Assembly (NCBI GenBank): GCA_035714925.1
Contig: DASTLN010000226.1
Span: 1-55,698 of the forward strand
Reading direction: 5' to 3'
DNA: 55,698 nucleotides
From: Dehalococcoidia bacterium
GTDB taxonomy: Bacteria > Chloroflexota > Dehalococcoidia > DSTF01 > WHTK01
Positions 32,690 to 40,865 of the stretch are shown here, one piece after another. The notes below the pieces were generated by a model. It made no database searches and was not told the DNA's origin. It saw only the letters and a list, made by a program, of their open reading frames with translations. The position numbers and the translations under genes are program-made. How positions within the stretch are numbered: the stretch's first letter is position 1; each line of letters begins with the position of its first letter.

Positions 32690-34354
32690 TTGGCGACCGA
32701 AGCAATCGCAAGACCAGCGCACGGAGCGCATTCGCGCAACGTCATCCTCGAGTGGCTGCTCACCACGGACCACAAGAAGATCGGCATCATGTATCTGATC
32801 TTCACGCTGTCGTTTTTTGTCGTCGGCGGCATCCTTGCGCTGCTTGTACGCACCCAGCTCGCCTGGTCGGACAGCACTTTCCTCTCCCAAAAGGAATACA
32901 ACCAGTTCTTCACCATGCACGCATCGACGATGCTGTTCCTCTTCGTCATCCCCGTCGGCGCCGGCTTCGGCAACTACTTGCTGCCGCTCATGATCGGCGC
33001 CAAGGATATGGCCTACCCCCGCATCAACGCCTTTAGCCTCTGGCTCATCCCCCTCGCCGCCGTCATCATGTTCAGCTCCTTCTTCGTCGAAGGCGGCAGC
33101 GCCGCCGCCGGCTGGACGGAGTACCCCCCGGTGACCGGCAAGACCTTCAGCCCCGGCCAGGGCACCGACCTCTGGATCCTCGGCGTTCAGATCCTCGGAA
33201 TCTCGTCCGTCGGCGGCGCGATCAACTTCCTCGTCACCACGATGACGATGCGCGCGCCTGGCATGTCGATGATCCGCATGCCGATCTTCGTCTGGATGAT
33301 CGTCGTAACGTCCGTGCTCGTCGTCTTCGCCACGCCGGTGCTCGCCGGCGTATTGACCATGCTCTTCTCCGACCGCTACATCGGCACCCACTTCTTCGAC
33401 CCGCAGTTCGGCGGCAACCCCATCCTTTACCAGCAGTTGTTCTGGTTCTACAGCCACCCTGCCGTCTACATCATGATCCTGCCCGCTATGGGCATCATCT
33501 CCGAGATACTGCCCGTCTTCGCCCGCAAGCCGTTGTTTGGCTACAAGGCGGTGATCTACGCCGGTGCCGGCATCGGCGTTCTTGGCTTCACCGTCTGGAT
33601 GCACCACATGTTCGCCACCGGCCTCAGCGTGCCGCTCACCGTCTGGACCATGCTCGCCACGATGATGATCGCGGTGCCTTCCGGCGTGAAGATGTTTAAC
33701 TGGCTCGGCACCATCTGGGGCGGCAGCATCAGCCTGCGCGTGCCCATGATGTTCGCCCTCGGCTTCCTCTTCATGTTCCTCATCGGCGGCGTCGATGGCG
33801 TCTTCAACGCCATCGTGCCTGTCGACTACGCGCTCAACGACACCTACTGGGTCGTCAGCCACATCCATTACGTTCTCTTCGGCGGCTCCGTCTTCGGCGT
33901 CTTCGCCGGAATCTACTTCTGGATGCCGAAGATGACGGGCAAGATGCTGGATGAGACCCTGGGCATGATTCACTTCTGGCTCATGCTGATTGGCATGAAC
34001 CTCGCTTTCATGCCGATGCACATCCTTGGTATCAAGGGCATGCCGCGCCGCATCGCCGACTACCAGGGCGGCCAGGGCTGGGAAGAATGGAACCTGATCT
34101 CCACCATCGGCGCCTTCATCATCGCCGTCTCAATCGTTGTGTTCATCGTCAACGTCATCAAGACGCTCGCGCTCGCCCCGAAGTCCGCCGGCGATGACCC
34201 CTGGGAGGGCAACTCGATGGAGTGGATGACCTCTTCGCCGCCGCCGGAGCACAACTTTGACGAGATGCCGGAGGTCCACAGCGAACGGCCGGCCCGGGAC
34301 CGGCGCATGGCGCGGCAGTCCGCCTCAACCCAGGCGCACGGAGCAGCGCATTAG
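32690..34354 (+). CDS. ctaD: Cytochrome c oxidase subunit I
   Basis: LTTDHKKIGIMYL, WFYSHPAVYIMILP and HHMFATG are present. TTG start follows a G-rich SD. Confidence 0.95.
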   Translation: MATEAIARPAHGAHSRNVILEWLLTTDHKKIGIMYLIFTLSFFVVGGILALLVRTQLAWSDSTFLSQKEYNQFFTMHASTMLFLFVIPVGAGFGNYLLPLMIGAKDMAYPRINAFSLWLIPLAAVIMFSSFFVEGGSAAAGWTEYPPVTGKTFSPGQGTDLWILGVQILGISSVGGAINFLVTTMTMRAPGMSMIRMPIFVWMIVVTSVLVVFATPVLAGVLTMLFSDRYIGTHFFDPQFGGNPILYQQLFWFYSHPAVYIMILPAMGIISEILPVFARKPLFGYKAVIYAGAGIGVLGFTVWMHHMFATGLSVPLTVWTMLATMMIAVPSGVKMFNWLGTIWGGSISLRVPMMFALGFLFMFLIGGVDGVFNAIVPVDYALNDTYWVVSHIHYVLFGGSVFGVFAGIYFWMPKMTGKMLDETLGMIHFWLMLIGMNLAFMPMHILGIKGMPRRIADYQGGQGWEEWNLISTIGAFIIAVSIVVFIVNVIKTLALAPKSAGDDPWEGNSMEWMTSSPPPEHNFDEMPEVHSERPARDRRMARQSASTQAHGAAH

Positions 34355-34403
34355 ATGACAAGCACTCAGAAACCGGCAACTGGCAGCGAGGCTCCACGGG
34401 GAC

Positions 34404-34430
34404 CCCGGTTCCTTGTTCCCGGTTCCTTGT
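34404..34430 (+). repeat. Tandem duplication of CCCGGTTCCTTGT (14-nt period)
   Basis: Copies at 34404-34416 and 34418-34430, between ctaD and the cupredoxin gene. Confidence 0.8.
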
Positions 34431-34459
34431 GCCGGGCGGGGCGAGGCTAAGGGGGCCCT

Positions 34460-34921
34460 GTGTTCAAAAGCTGGCAGATATTCGTCTTCTCTCTCATACC
34501 ACTCGCGCTGGTCTTCGCCGGCGTGATCATCGGTTCGATGGACGGTATCGACGCCCAACGAGAAGTCTTCCCCACGCGGGCGCCACACGCGGAAAACGGC
34601 AACACGCCGCCGCCGACCCCCAGCGCGCCCGGTGAGACCGTGATCCAGCTCGTCGCCCAGAACCTCGCGTTCGACCAGCGCGCGCTGAGCGCCACGGCAG
34701 GCGCGTCCGTCACAATTCAATTAGACAACCGCGACGCCAGCGTCCTGCACAACTTCGCGCTCTACGGCGACCAGACCCTCGCGCAGAAGGTCTTCGTTGG
34801 CGATCTCGTCACCGGCCCCGTCGTCGAAAACTACACGTTCGACGCACCGGCGGCCGGCACCTACTACTTCCGCTGCGACGTCCACCCGGACACCATGAAC
34901 GGCTCCTTCACCGTCCGATAG
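34460..34921 (+). CDS. Membrane-anchored cupredoxin (plastocyanin/azurin-like) protein
   Basis: An N-terminal TM is followed by type-1 copper ligand spacing: HNF ... CDVHPDTM (C-x2-H-x3-M). Confidence 0.75.
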   Translation: MFKSWQIFVFSLIPLALVFAGVIIGSMDGIDAQREVFPTRAPHAENGNTPPPTPSAPGETVIQLVAQNLAFDQRALSATAGASVTIQLDNRDASVLHNFALYGDQTLAQKVFVGDLVTGPVVENYTFDAPAAGTYYFRCDVHPDTMNGSFTVR

Positions 34922-34934
34922 GAATTCAGCGCCC

Positions 34935-35228
34935 TCAGTTTTCCTGCAAGACCAGCCGCGGGCGTAAGGCGCACCGCCACAGGGATGCGCGGGTCGCTGG
35001 CGAACGAGCCTGATCTTCCTCCGGGCCGATAATTTCCGGACCGCATGCGCCAAATGGCGGAGACTCGTCATGCGTCTTGCGCCAGATCCCCGCCACCAGA
35101 ATGTTGACGAAGCGAAGAACGAGCAGCGTACTGGTAATCAACGCCGCCAGGGCACCCACAGTCGCAGTGAACACCCGCTCCTCTGAGGCCGTTCGGCCCT
35201 CGTCCCGGCATCGCCTCGGGCTCATCAT
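34935..35228 (-). CDS. Possible 97-aa single-TM protein
   Basis: The sub-ORF MMSPRR...VFTATVGALAALITSTLLVLRFVNILVAGIW... almost exactly fills the 313-nt gap between the cupredoxin and RibD_C genes. Third codon positions are GC-rich. Confidence 0.3.
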   Translation of the reverse strand: MMSPRRCRDEGRTASEERVFTATVGALAALITSTLLVLRFVNILVAGIWRKTHDESPPFGACGPEIIGPEEDQARSPATRASLWRCALRPRLVLQEN

Positions 35229-35234
35229 CTTGAC

Positions 35235-35882
35235 ATGCGACCAAAGGTCATCTTGCACAACGCGGTCAGCGCCGATGGCCGGACGACGGGCCTCCATCCC
35301 AACCTCGGCCTCTTCTATCAGCTTGCCGGCGCCTGGCACGAGGACGTAACGCTGGCCGGCAGCGATACGATCCTCGCCGCGCTGCGCCGGCCCGTGGAAA
35401 CTGCACCTCAAGTACCCGCGAGCGCCACCAGGGGCAGGCTCGCCGTCATCGACAGCCGGGGTCGCATCAAGGACTGGCGCAGCATCAAGGCCTGGCCCTT
35501 CTGGTCGGCTCACGTTTCGATTTGCGCCTCCACCACGCCACGCCAGCATTTCGACTACCTTCGCTACCAGGAGGTAGACAACCTCACGGCCGGCGACCGG
35601 GAGGTGGACCTCGCGCTGGCGCTGCAGGAGCTGGCGAACCGCTATGGTGCGACCACTGTGCGGGTCGAGTCCGGCGGAACGCTCAACGGAGCCCTGCTGA
35701 ATCAGGACCTGGTCGACGAGGTCAGCCTGCTACTGCATCCCGTGCTGGTCGGCGGGATGAGTCCTCATACCGTCTACCGCACCACTGAGCTCGCCAAGAC
35801 TGCACCAATAGAGATGATGCTGCGCGACTGCCAGATGCTGGATGGCGGCTATGCCTGGCTTCGCTACGACGTGGTCAGGTAA
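35235..35882 (+). CDS. RibD C-terminal domain / dihydrofolate-reductase-like family protein
   Basis: MRPKVILHNAVSADGRTTG and RVESGGTLNGALLNQDLVDEVSLLLHPVLVGG match the RibD_C pattern. Confidence 0.7.
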   Translation: MRPKVILHNAVSADGRTTGLHPNLGLFYQLAGAWHEDVTLAGSDTILAALRRPVETAPQVPASATRGRLAVIDSRGRIKDWRSIKAWPFWSAHVSICASTTPRQHFDYLRYQEVDNLTAGDREVDLALALQELANRYGATTVRVESGGTLNGALLNQDLVDEVSLLLHPVLVGGMSPHTVYRTTELAKTAPIEMMLRDCQMLDGGYAWLRYDVVR

Positions 35883-35983
35883 CCGCGACCAGCAGTCATC
35901 CCGATGGTGACAGCCGGAGGATCAAAGCACCGCGACTGCAGCGGACGAATCGGGTTGGAACGGCGGGCTGATCACAGACGTGG

Positions 35984-36958
35984 CTAGCTGAGGACTTCCT
36001 CCAGCGCGTTCACCAGCTCCTGCATGCTCGTCGGTCCCTCGAGCTTCATCGACACCTTGCCCTCGGCATCGATCACGAAGAACCACGGCTCGGTCTGCAG
36101 CCCGAAGTCCACCGCCGTCTGCACCAGCACCCTGTCCGGGCTCGACGGCACCTCGAACGGCTCGACGTGGATAAACGAGACGCGGTCGCGGTACTGCGGG
36201 TAGAGCTTGCGCATGATCTCCAGCTCCGGACCGCACAGCTGGCTCGTGCAGTAACCCGGCACCGCGAACAGCACCAGCACCGGCCGCCCGGCCTCAATCG
36301 CCCCCGCGATCGTCTCCGTGTGCATCTCCTCGGAGGGCTCGGCAGAGCTGTCGATCAGCGTGATGTCATCCACGTCATCGATCGTGCGGTTGACGCTGCG
36401 CGGCGCGTCCGCGCCGATCGGCACCGTCGTCGACGTCGTCCCCACGCTGAAGCTGGGACGAATAGTCTCCTTGCGCTCGCCGGTGTCGATCTCAAGCTCC
36501 ACGCCCCAGCGCCCGGCCTCGTCGAACTCGAGCACCGACGTGTAGATGCCCACCTGCTCACCAACGTTTGCGTGGTTGTGCACGGTCCCGTCAGTGTGAA
36601 CGTGCTCGATGATCTCTTCGATGCCGGCGTCGCGCGCCGGCACGCTGGAGAGCGCGTCAAGTTCGAAGCGCTTCTCTTCCGTCCCATCCTCGAGCAGCCG
36701 GTAGAAGACCATGTGCACGTCGGCGTCGATTATCAAAAGCCCGTCCGCGTCGATCAGCGCGAAGGCAAAGCGATTCTTCCCCGTGACCAGCTCCGTGCTG
36801 ACCAGCTCGGGACGAATGTCATCCGCGCCGATCACCACGGTATCCGCGAATTTCTTGCCATCCCCACCACCGCAGGCGCTGAGGAAAATGGCAGCGGCGG
36901 TGACCGCGATTAAGACGCAAAACTTTGTGTACACAGTCACAAGGATCGTAGCACGCAC
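35984..36958 (-). CDS. Thioredoxin-fold (SCO/TlpA-like) lipoprotein with His-rich N-terminal domain
   Basis: The lipobox-like signal is IFLSACGG. The His cluster IIEHVHTDGTVHNHAN is present. The thioredoxin-like motif VLVLFAVPGYCTSQLCGPEL resembles the SCO motif F.yT.C...CP. Confidence 0.55.
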   Translation of the reverse strand: MRATILVTVYTKFCVLIAVTAAAIFLSACGGGDGKKFADTVVIGADDIRPELVSTELVTGKNRFAFALIDADGLLIIDADVHMVFYRLLEDGTEEKRFELDALSSVPARDAGIEEIIEHVHTDGTVHNHANVGEQVGIYTSVLEFDEAGRWGVELEIDTGERKETIRPSFSVGTTSTTVPIGADAPRSVNRTIDDVDDITLIDSSAEPSEEMHTETIAGAIEAGRPVLVLFAVPGYCTSQLCGPELEIMRKLYPQYRDRVSFIHVEPFEVPSSPDRVLVQTAVDFGLQTEPWFFVIDAEGKVSMKLEGPTSMQELVNALEEVLS

Positions 36959-37068
36959 TTCGGGGGTCAGAGCAAGACAGACGCGCTCCGACGCGATAAT
37001 CTGTCCCCGTCCCGGCAGCCGCCTTCGGGCCTCAGGGCCATGGCGCGACTCTTCACTATGATGCCAAT

Positions 37069-37689
37069 GTGACCAGCGAACTGCTTCAGCTCAGAACGAA
37101 CACTCGATGGGCCCTCGGCCTCGTCGGCGCCACCCTCGCCTACAACACCGCCGAGGCTGCTCTCTCCATCGCCGCGGGGATCGTCGCCGGCAGCGTCGCA
37201 CTCGTCGGCTTCGGCTTCGACAGCACAATCGAGGTCAGCGCCGGCATCGTCGTCCTCGTCCACCTGCTCCAGCGCAGCGAGGAAGACTCCGCCTGGGAGC
37301 AGCGCACCGCGCAGTTCGTCGGTCTCACGTTTGTCCTGCTCGCCGTCTACGTTGGCTACGAAGCCATCAGCGACCTCATCGCCACCCATGAGCCCGATGT
37401 CTCCTACCTCGGCATCGCAATCGCAATCGCCTCGCTCGTCATCATGCCCGCCATGTCCGTTGCCAAGCACCGCCTCGCGCATCGCATCAACAGCCGCGCC
37501 CTCGAGGCTGAATCCCGCGAAACGCTGATCTGCAGCTACCTCTCGGCCGCGTTGCTCCTGGGTCTCGGCGCCAACGCGCTGCTCGGCTGGTGGTGGGCGG
37601 ACCCCGTCGCCGCGCTCGTCATCGTCGCCGTCCTCGCCCGCGAGGGCTGGGAGGCCTTCACCCGAAAAGAGCTCTGCTGCATCGACTAA
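37069..37689 (+). CDS. Cation efflux (CDF-like) membrane protein, TM domain only
   Basis: AEAALSIAAGIVAGSVALVGFGFDSTIEVSAGIVVL resembles CDF TM2 with a metal-site Asp. The protein is about 200 aa and has no obvious cytoplasmic domain. Confidence 0.5.
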   Translation: MTSELLQLRTNTRWALGLVGATLAYNTAEAALSIAAGIVAGSVALVGFGFDSTIEVSAGIVVLVHLLQRSEEDSAWEQRTAQFVGLTFVLLAVYVGYEAISDLIATHEPDVSYLGIAIAIASLVIMPAMSVAKHRLAHRINSRALEAESRETLICSYLSAALLLGLGANALLGWWWADPVAALVIVAVLAREGWEAFTRKELCCID

Positions 37690-37736
37690 GTGACAGGTGA
37701 TAGATAACAGTCAAAAGCTAGCAGGCCACCCCTCAA

Positions 37737-37785
37737 CCTGTTACCTGTTACCTGTTATCCGCAATCTGCGGCCCTATGCCCTATG
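37737..37785 (+). repeat. Short tandem heptamers (CCTGTTA)x3 and (CCCTATG)x2
   Basis: CCTGTTA x3 at 37737-37757 and CCCTATG x2 at 37772-37785. Inverted related words (ACAGGTGATAGATAACAG) lie at 37692-37710. Confidence 0.85.
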
Positions 37786-38250
37786 CCGCCCCATCGTCAT
37801 AATGAAGCAGACGGGGTGATGCCTGTGATGGTCGAATGGCCGGGGCGCTGCAGCAGCTGCAGCGATCAAATCGAAGACTGGTCCAGCGCCGGACTCCTGG
37901 ACAAACGCTGGATCCACAAGACTTGCTACACGCGGCGCTGGAACGACGCCCATTCGCGTGGTGAGACGCCGCCCGAGCTCCAGTCGCCCGTCGAGCGCGG
38001 CCGCCTCCTCGAGTTGCCGATGCTGCTCTTTCTCCTCATGTTCCACTTTGGTCTCGGCGCCGCCGTCGCCGGCTGGATCATGATCGACCAGGACCAGACG
38101 CCTGGCACCGGCGCCTTGCTGCTCGTCATCGGCATCGTTGTCCCCTTGATCGGCGTCGCTGGCGTCGCTCTAAACATCCTCAGCCGCCGCCGCATCCAGA
38201 TGGTGCAACAGGCAGTCGACCTCGCCGGCGGCTGGAAGCCGGGGCCGTAA
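37783..38250 (+). CDS. Hypothetical membrane protein with N-terminal Cys/His cluster
   Basis: CSSCSDQIEDW...IHKTCY is followed by two hydrophobic helices. The start is uncertain (ATG 37783 within the repeat, or ATG 37819). Confidence 0.5.
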   Translation: MPPHRHNEADGVMPVMVEWPGRCSSCSDQIEDWSSAGLLDKRWIHKTCYTRRWNDAHSRGETPPELQSPVERGRLLELPMLLFLLMFHFGLGAAVAGWIMIDQDQTPGTGALLLVIGIVVPLIGVAGVALNILSRRRIQMVQQAVDLAGGWKPGP

Positions 38251-38252
38251 GT

Positions 38253-39074
38253 ATGCCGCTCCTGCTCCACCTCGGCCACCAGATCGGCACCTGGAGCCTC
38301 GAGCCCAGCGTGGTCACCGGAGCCTTCATCGCCCTTGCCTTCTATGCTTACGGCGTCTTAACCCTCAAGGACGCCTTCAACGGCTGGCGCGCCGCGTCCT
38401 TCACGGCAGGCGTCGCGGCCATGTTCCTTGCGCTCGTCTCGCCCCTCGATTCAGGGGCAGACCGCCTGCTCTCGTTGCACATGCTGCAACACGTCGCCAT
38501 CACGACGGTCGGCCCGCCACTGCTCCTCCTCGGCCTCACGCCCGCGCTCATCGACCCCGTCCTGCGCCTCAGACTGATCAACCGCGTCGCGCGTACGGTC
38601 ACGCATCCCCTGTTCGCCGGCACGCTGTTCATCGTCAACATGTGGTTCTGGCACGTACCGCCTGTCTATGGCGCCGCACTCGACCACCTCGCGATTCACA
38701 TCACGATGCACCTGGCATTCATCGCCACGGGCATCCTGTTCTGGTGGCCCGTGATCCAGCCCACGCCCGCTACCGGCCGTCACGGCGACGGCGCTCGCTT
38801 GCTCTACCTCTTTGCGACCGGCATGCCGATGGGCCTGCTCGCGCTGCTCTTCTTCGCCAGCAGCGGCGTCATCTACGACCACTACGCGACCGTCGACAGG
38901 CTGTGGGGCGTATCGGCCACGGACGACCAGCAGATCGCAGGCCTCGTGATGGGTGCCCTCGGCGAAGCCGCCAGCTTCGCCGCGATTACGATCCTCTTCT
39001 TCCGCTTCCTCGACCACGAGGACGCGGTGGTGGCGGGGCCGGGACCGGTTCCGGGCCGAACAGACGCAACATGA
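38253..39074 (+). CDS. ctaG: Cytochrome c oxidase assembly factor CtaG (caa3-type)
   Basis: HMLQHVAITTVGPPLLLLG, WFWHVP and LFWWPV fit the Caa3_CtaG family pattern. Confidence 0.8.
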   Translation: MPLLLHLGHQIGTWSLEPSVVTGAFIALAFYAYGVLTLKDAFNGWRAASFTAGVAAMFLALVSPLDSGADRLLSLHMLQHVAITTVGPPLLLLGLTPALIDPVLRLRLINRVARTVTHPLFAGTLFIVNMWFWHVPPVYGAALDHLAIHITMHLAFIATGILFWWPVIQPTPATGRHGDGARLLYLFATGMPMGLLALLFFASSGVIYDHYATVDRLWGVSATDDQQIAGLVMGALGEAASFAAITILFFRFLDHEDAVVAGPGPVPGRTDAT

Positions 39075-39246
39075 GCTTCTGGGCCAGCACGCTCCCCACC
39101 AGCGCCCCGATCACGCCCGCGACCAGCACCGCCCACTGCGGCAGCCCCACCACCGACGCAACCACGAAAAATAGAACAGTCACGCTGGCGCCGAAACCCC
39201 ACCGCACCGCGCGTCGACCCAGCATTCGGAAGTAACCCCGCAACAT
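38986..39246 (-). CDS. Possible small two-TM membrane protein
   Basis: WGFGASVTVLFFVVASVVGLPQWAVLVAGVIGALVGSVLAQKL looks like genuine TM sequence. Its 3' end overlaps the ctaG 3' end convergently. The start is uncertain. Confidence 0.35.
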   Translation of the reverse strand: MLRGYFRMLGRRAVRWGFGASVTVLFFVVASVVGLPQWAVLVAGVIGALVGSVLAQKLMLRLFGPEPVPAPPPPRPRGRGSGRRGS

Positions 39247-39272
39247 CGCTCCGCAGTATAGCCGCGACCCGA

Positions 39273-39334
39273 TTGACACGCCCGCTGCCCCGCGATAAAG
39301 TCACCGCGACGGGACGTTATTGCAATTGGTTGCA
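39273..39334 (+). promoter_or_regulatory. Candidate promoter TTGACA-17 nt-TAAAGT followed by palindrome TGCAA-ttgg-TTGCA
   Basis: TTGACA at 39273-39278, TAAAGT at 39296-39301, and the inverted repeat at 39321-39334. It lies 27 nt upstream of the NicO-like gene. Confidence 0.45.
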
Positions 39335-39360
39335 TTTAGCTTTAGCCGCGGGACGCTCTC

Positions 39361-40383
39361 ATGAGTTTTGAGTCTCTCCTGTTGACGGCCGGTATCGGCG
39401 GCATCGGCGTCTACGCCGCCGCGCTGGCGCTTGGCATTCGTCACGGCATCGACTGGGACCACATCGCAGCGATCACCGACATCACCAGCACCACCGCCGC
39501 CATCGACGACGAAGACGAAAGCTGGCTCATCGGCGAACCCGGCGTCATGCTCACAGACGAAAGCCACCACTCAACCCACTCGCACACCCACGAGGACGAA
39601 GGTGCGCCGCTGGTCGCCGCCGGAGCCCCGCTCCCGTCTGCCACGCCCGGCTCCGCGACCGCAACCCTGACGCGCCCGCTCTCCGGCGTCCGCGTCCTGA
39701 CGGCCTCGCTGCCGCCCAGCCAGAAGCAGGCGCTCTGGCTCGGCTCGCTCTACGCCATCGGTCACGGCGCCGTCGTCGTCGTGCTCGGCGTCATTGCCAT
39801 CCTCGCCGCCGAAGTCCTCCCGGACTGGATCGACCCGATCATGGAGAAGCTCGTCGGCGCGACCCTGCTCTTCCTCGCCGTATACCTCTTCTACTCCGTC
39901 TACCGCTACTACCGTGGCGGCGGCCAGTTCCACATGCGCAGCCGATGGATGCTCGTCTTCGCCGGCGTCAGCAACGCCTGGCACTGGATGCGCTCCCACG
40001 TCGGCCAGCACGAGCACGTCCACGTCGAGCCGCAGAACTACAGCTCCCGCACCGCCCTCGGCATCGGCGTCATCCACGGCATCGGCGCCGAGACCGGCAC
40101 CCAGGCCTTGATCATCGCGACCGCCGTCGGCGCCACAAGCCAGGGCGTCGCCATCAGCGCCCTCTTCGTCTTCGTCGCCGGCCTGCTCGTCTCCAACACC
40201 GTAATCACCGTGACGTCCACGTTCGGCTTCGTCTCAACACGGCGACGTCAGACCATCTACGTCATGGCCGGCCTCGTCGCGGCCGTCTTCAGTCTCGTGC
40301 TCGGGTTCGTCTTCCTAACCGCCTCCACCGGCATCCTGCCCGACCTCGACCCCTACTTCCGCTGGATCGGCGGCCCGGGCTAG
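39361..40383 (+). CDS. NicO/RcnA-type nickel/cobalt transporter with His-rich loop
   Basis: The signature HGIDWDHIAAI (H-x4-D-H) is present, with the His-rich loop DESHHSTHSHTHEDE, in a polytopic protein. Confidence 0.7.
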   Translation: MSFESLLLTAGIGGIGVYAAALALGIRHGIDWDHIAAITDITSTTAAIDDEDESWLIGEPGVMLTDESHHSTHSHTHEDEGAPLVAAGAPLPSATPGSATATLTRPLSGVRVLTASLPPSQKQALWLGSLYAIGHGAVVVVLGVIAILAAEVLPDWIDPIMEKLVGATLLFLAVYLFYSVYRYYRGGGQFHMRSRWMLVFAGVSNAWHWMRSHVGQHEHVHVEPQNYSSRTALGIGVIHGIGAETGTQALIIATAVGATSQGVAISALFVFVAGLLVSNTVITVTSTFGFVSTRRRQTIYVMAGLVAAVFSLVLGFVFLTASTGILPDLDPYFRWIGGPG

Positions 40384-40865
40384 CCGAGCCACGCGCAGTC
40401 AGGACCGTTACGCACAAGGAAGCTTCGGCTCCCCTGGCGCTCTCTAGGACCTGCATCCCCGCCACGCCCTCGAAGCTTCAGGTTTCAACCTGCAGGGTCC
40501 GTTTCTCATACAAAAGCCCCGTCCAATCCCAACCCACGTCCAACCACCCACACGAGCGGGTCTCCAGCAACGCAACCGGACTCAGTAGTGCCGCAGCCTC
40601 AGCTCCGTCCGTGCCCCAACGCAGTCCACGAGGCGCTTTGCCTGCAACAACGCAAGCAGGGTCAGTAGGGGCGCAGTACATCCTGAGCTGCGTCGAAGGG
40701 CACCTGCGGGGGAGTCTGAGGGTCGCAGAGTCGCCCAGAGACGTCTCCCCTCAGGATCAAAGTTGGAAAGAAGGTGAAGCGCACAAGCCAGAGCGGTAGC
40801 GACGGCGCAGGCCTGCCCGTCGCGGAGTGGAAGGGACGCGAAGCCTTCGCCGCTCCGAGAGCCCT

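Noticed and set aside
32657-34021. 454-aa minus-strand ORF antisense to ctaD, and similar long antisense or alternate-frame ORFs (for example 4090..4857, 6112..6876, 9864..10706, 15265..16029, 26114..26998, 51965..53437, 54607..55215)
   Set aside because: These are typical GC-rich shadow ORFs. Their composition is dominated by R, G, A, P, D and H, they have no motifs, and each lies fully inside a confidently assigned gene on the other strand or frame.
35077-35234. FMN riboswitch upstream of the RibD_C-family gene
   Set aside because: None of the conserved FMN element sequences are present, and the gene is not a true rib operon member. A small minus-strand ORF explains the gap better.
36959-37068. 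Possible NiCo (czcD-type) riboswitch upstream of the CDF-like gene
   Set aside because: A GACAGA-CGCG-loop-CGCG-ataa-TCTGTC hairpin is present. However, I could not find the conserved NiCo four-way-junction elements, so this is not supported without a covariance-model scan.
39945-40799. 284-aa + strand ORF spanning the NicO 3' end and the following gap
   Set aside because: The product is extremely Arg/Pro/His-rich, overlaps a well-supported gene in another frame, and has no start context. The gap is treated as non-coding.
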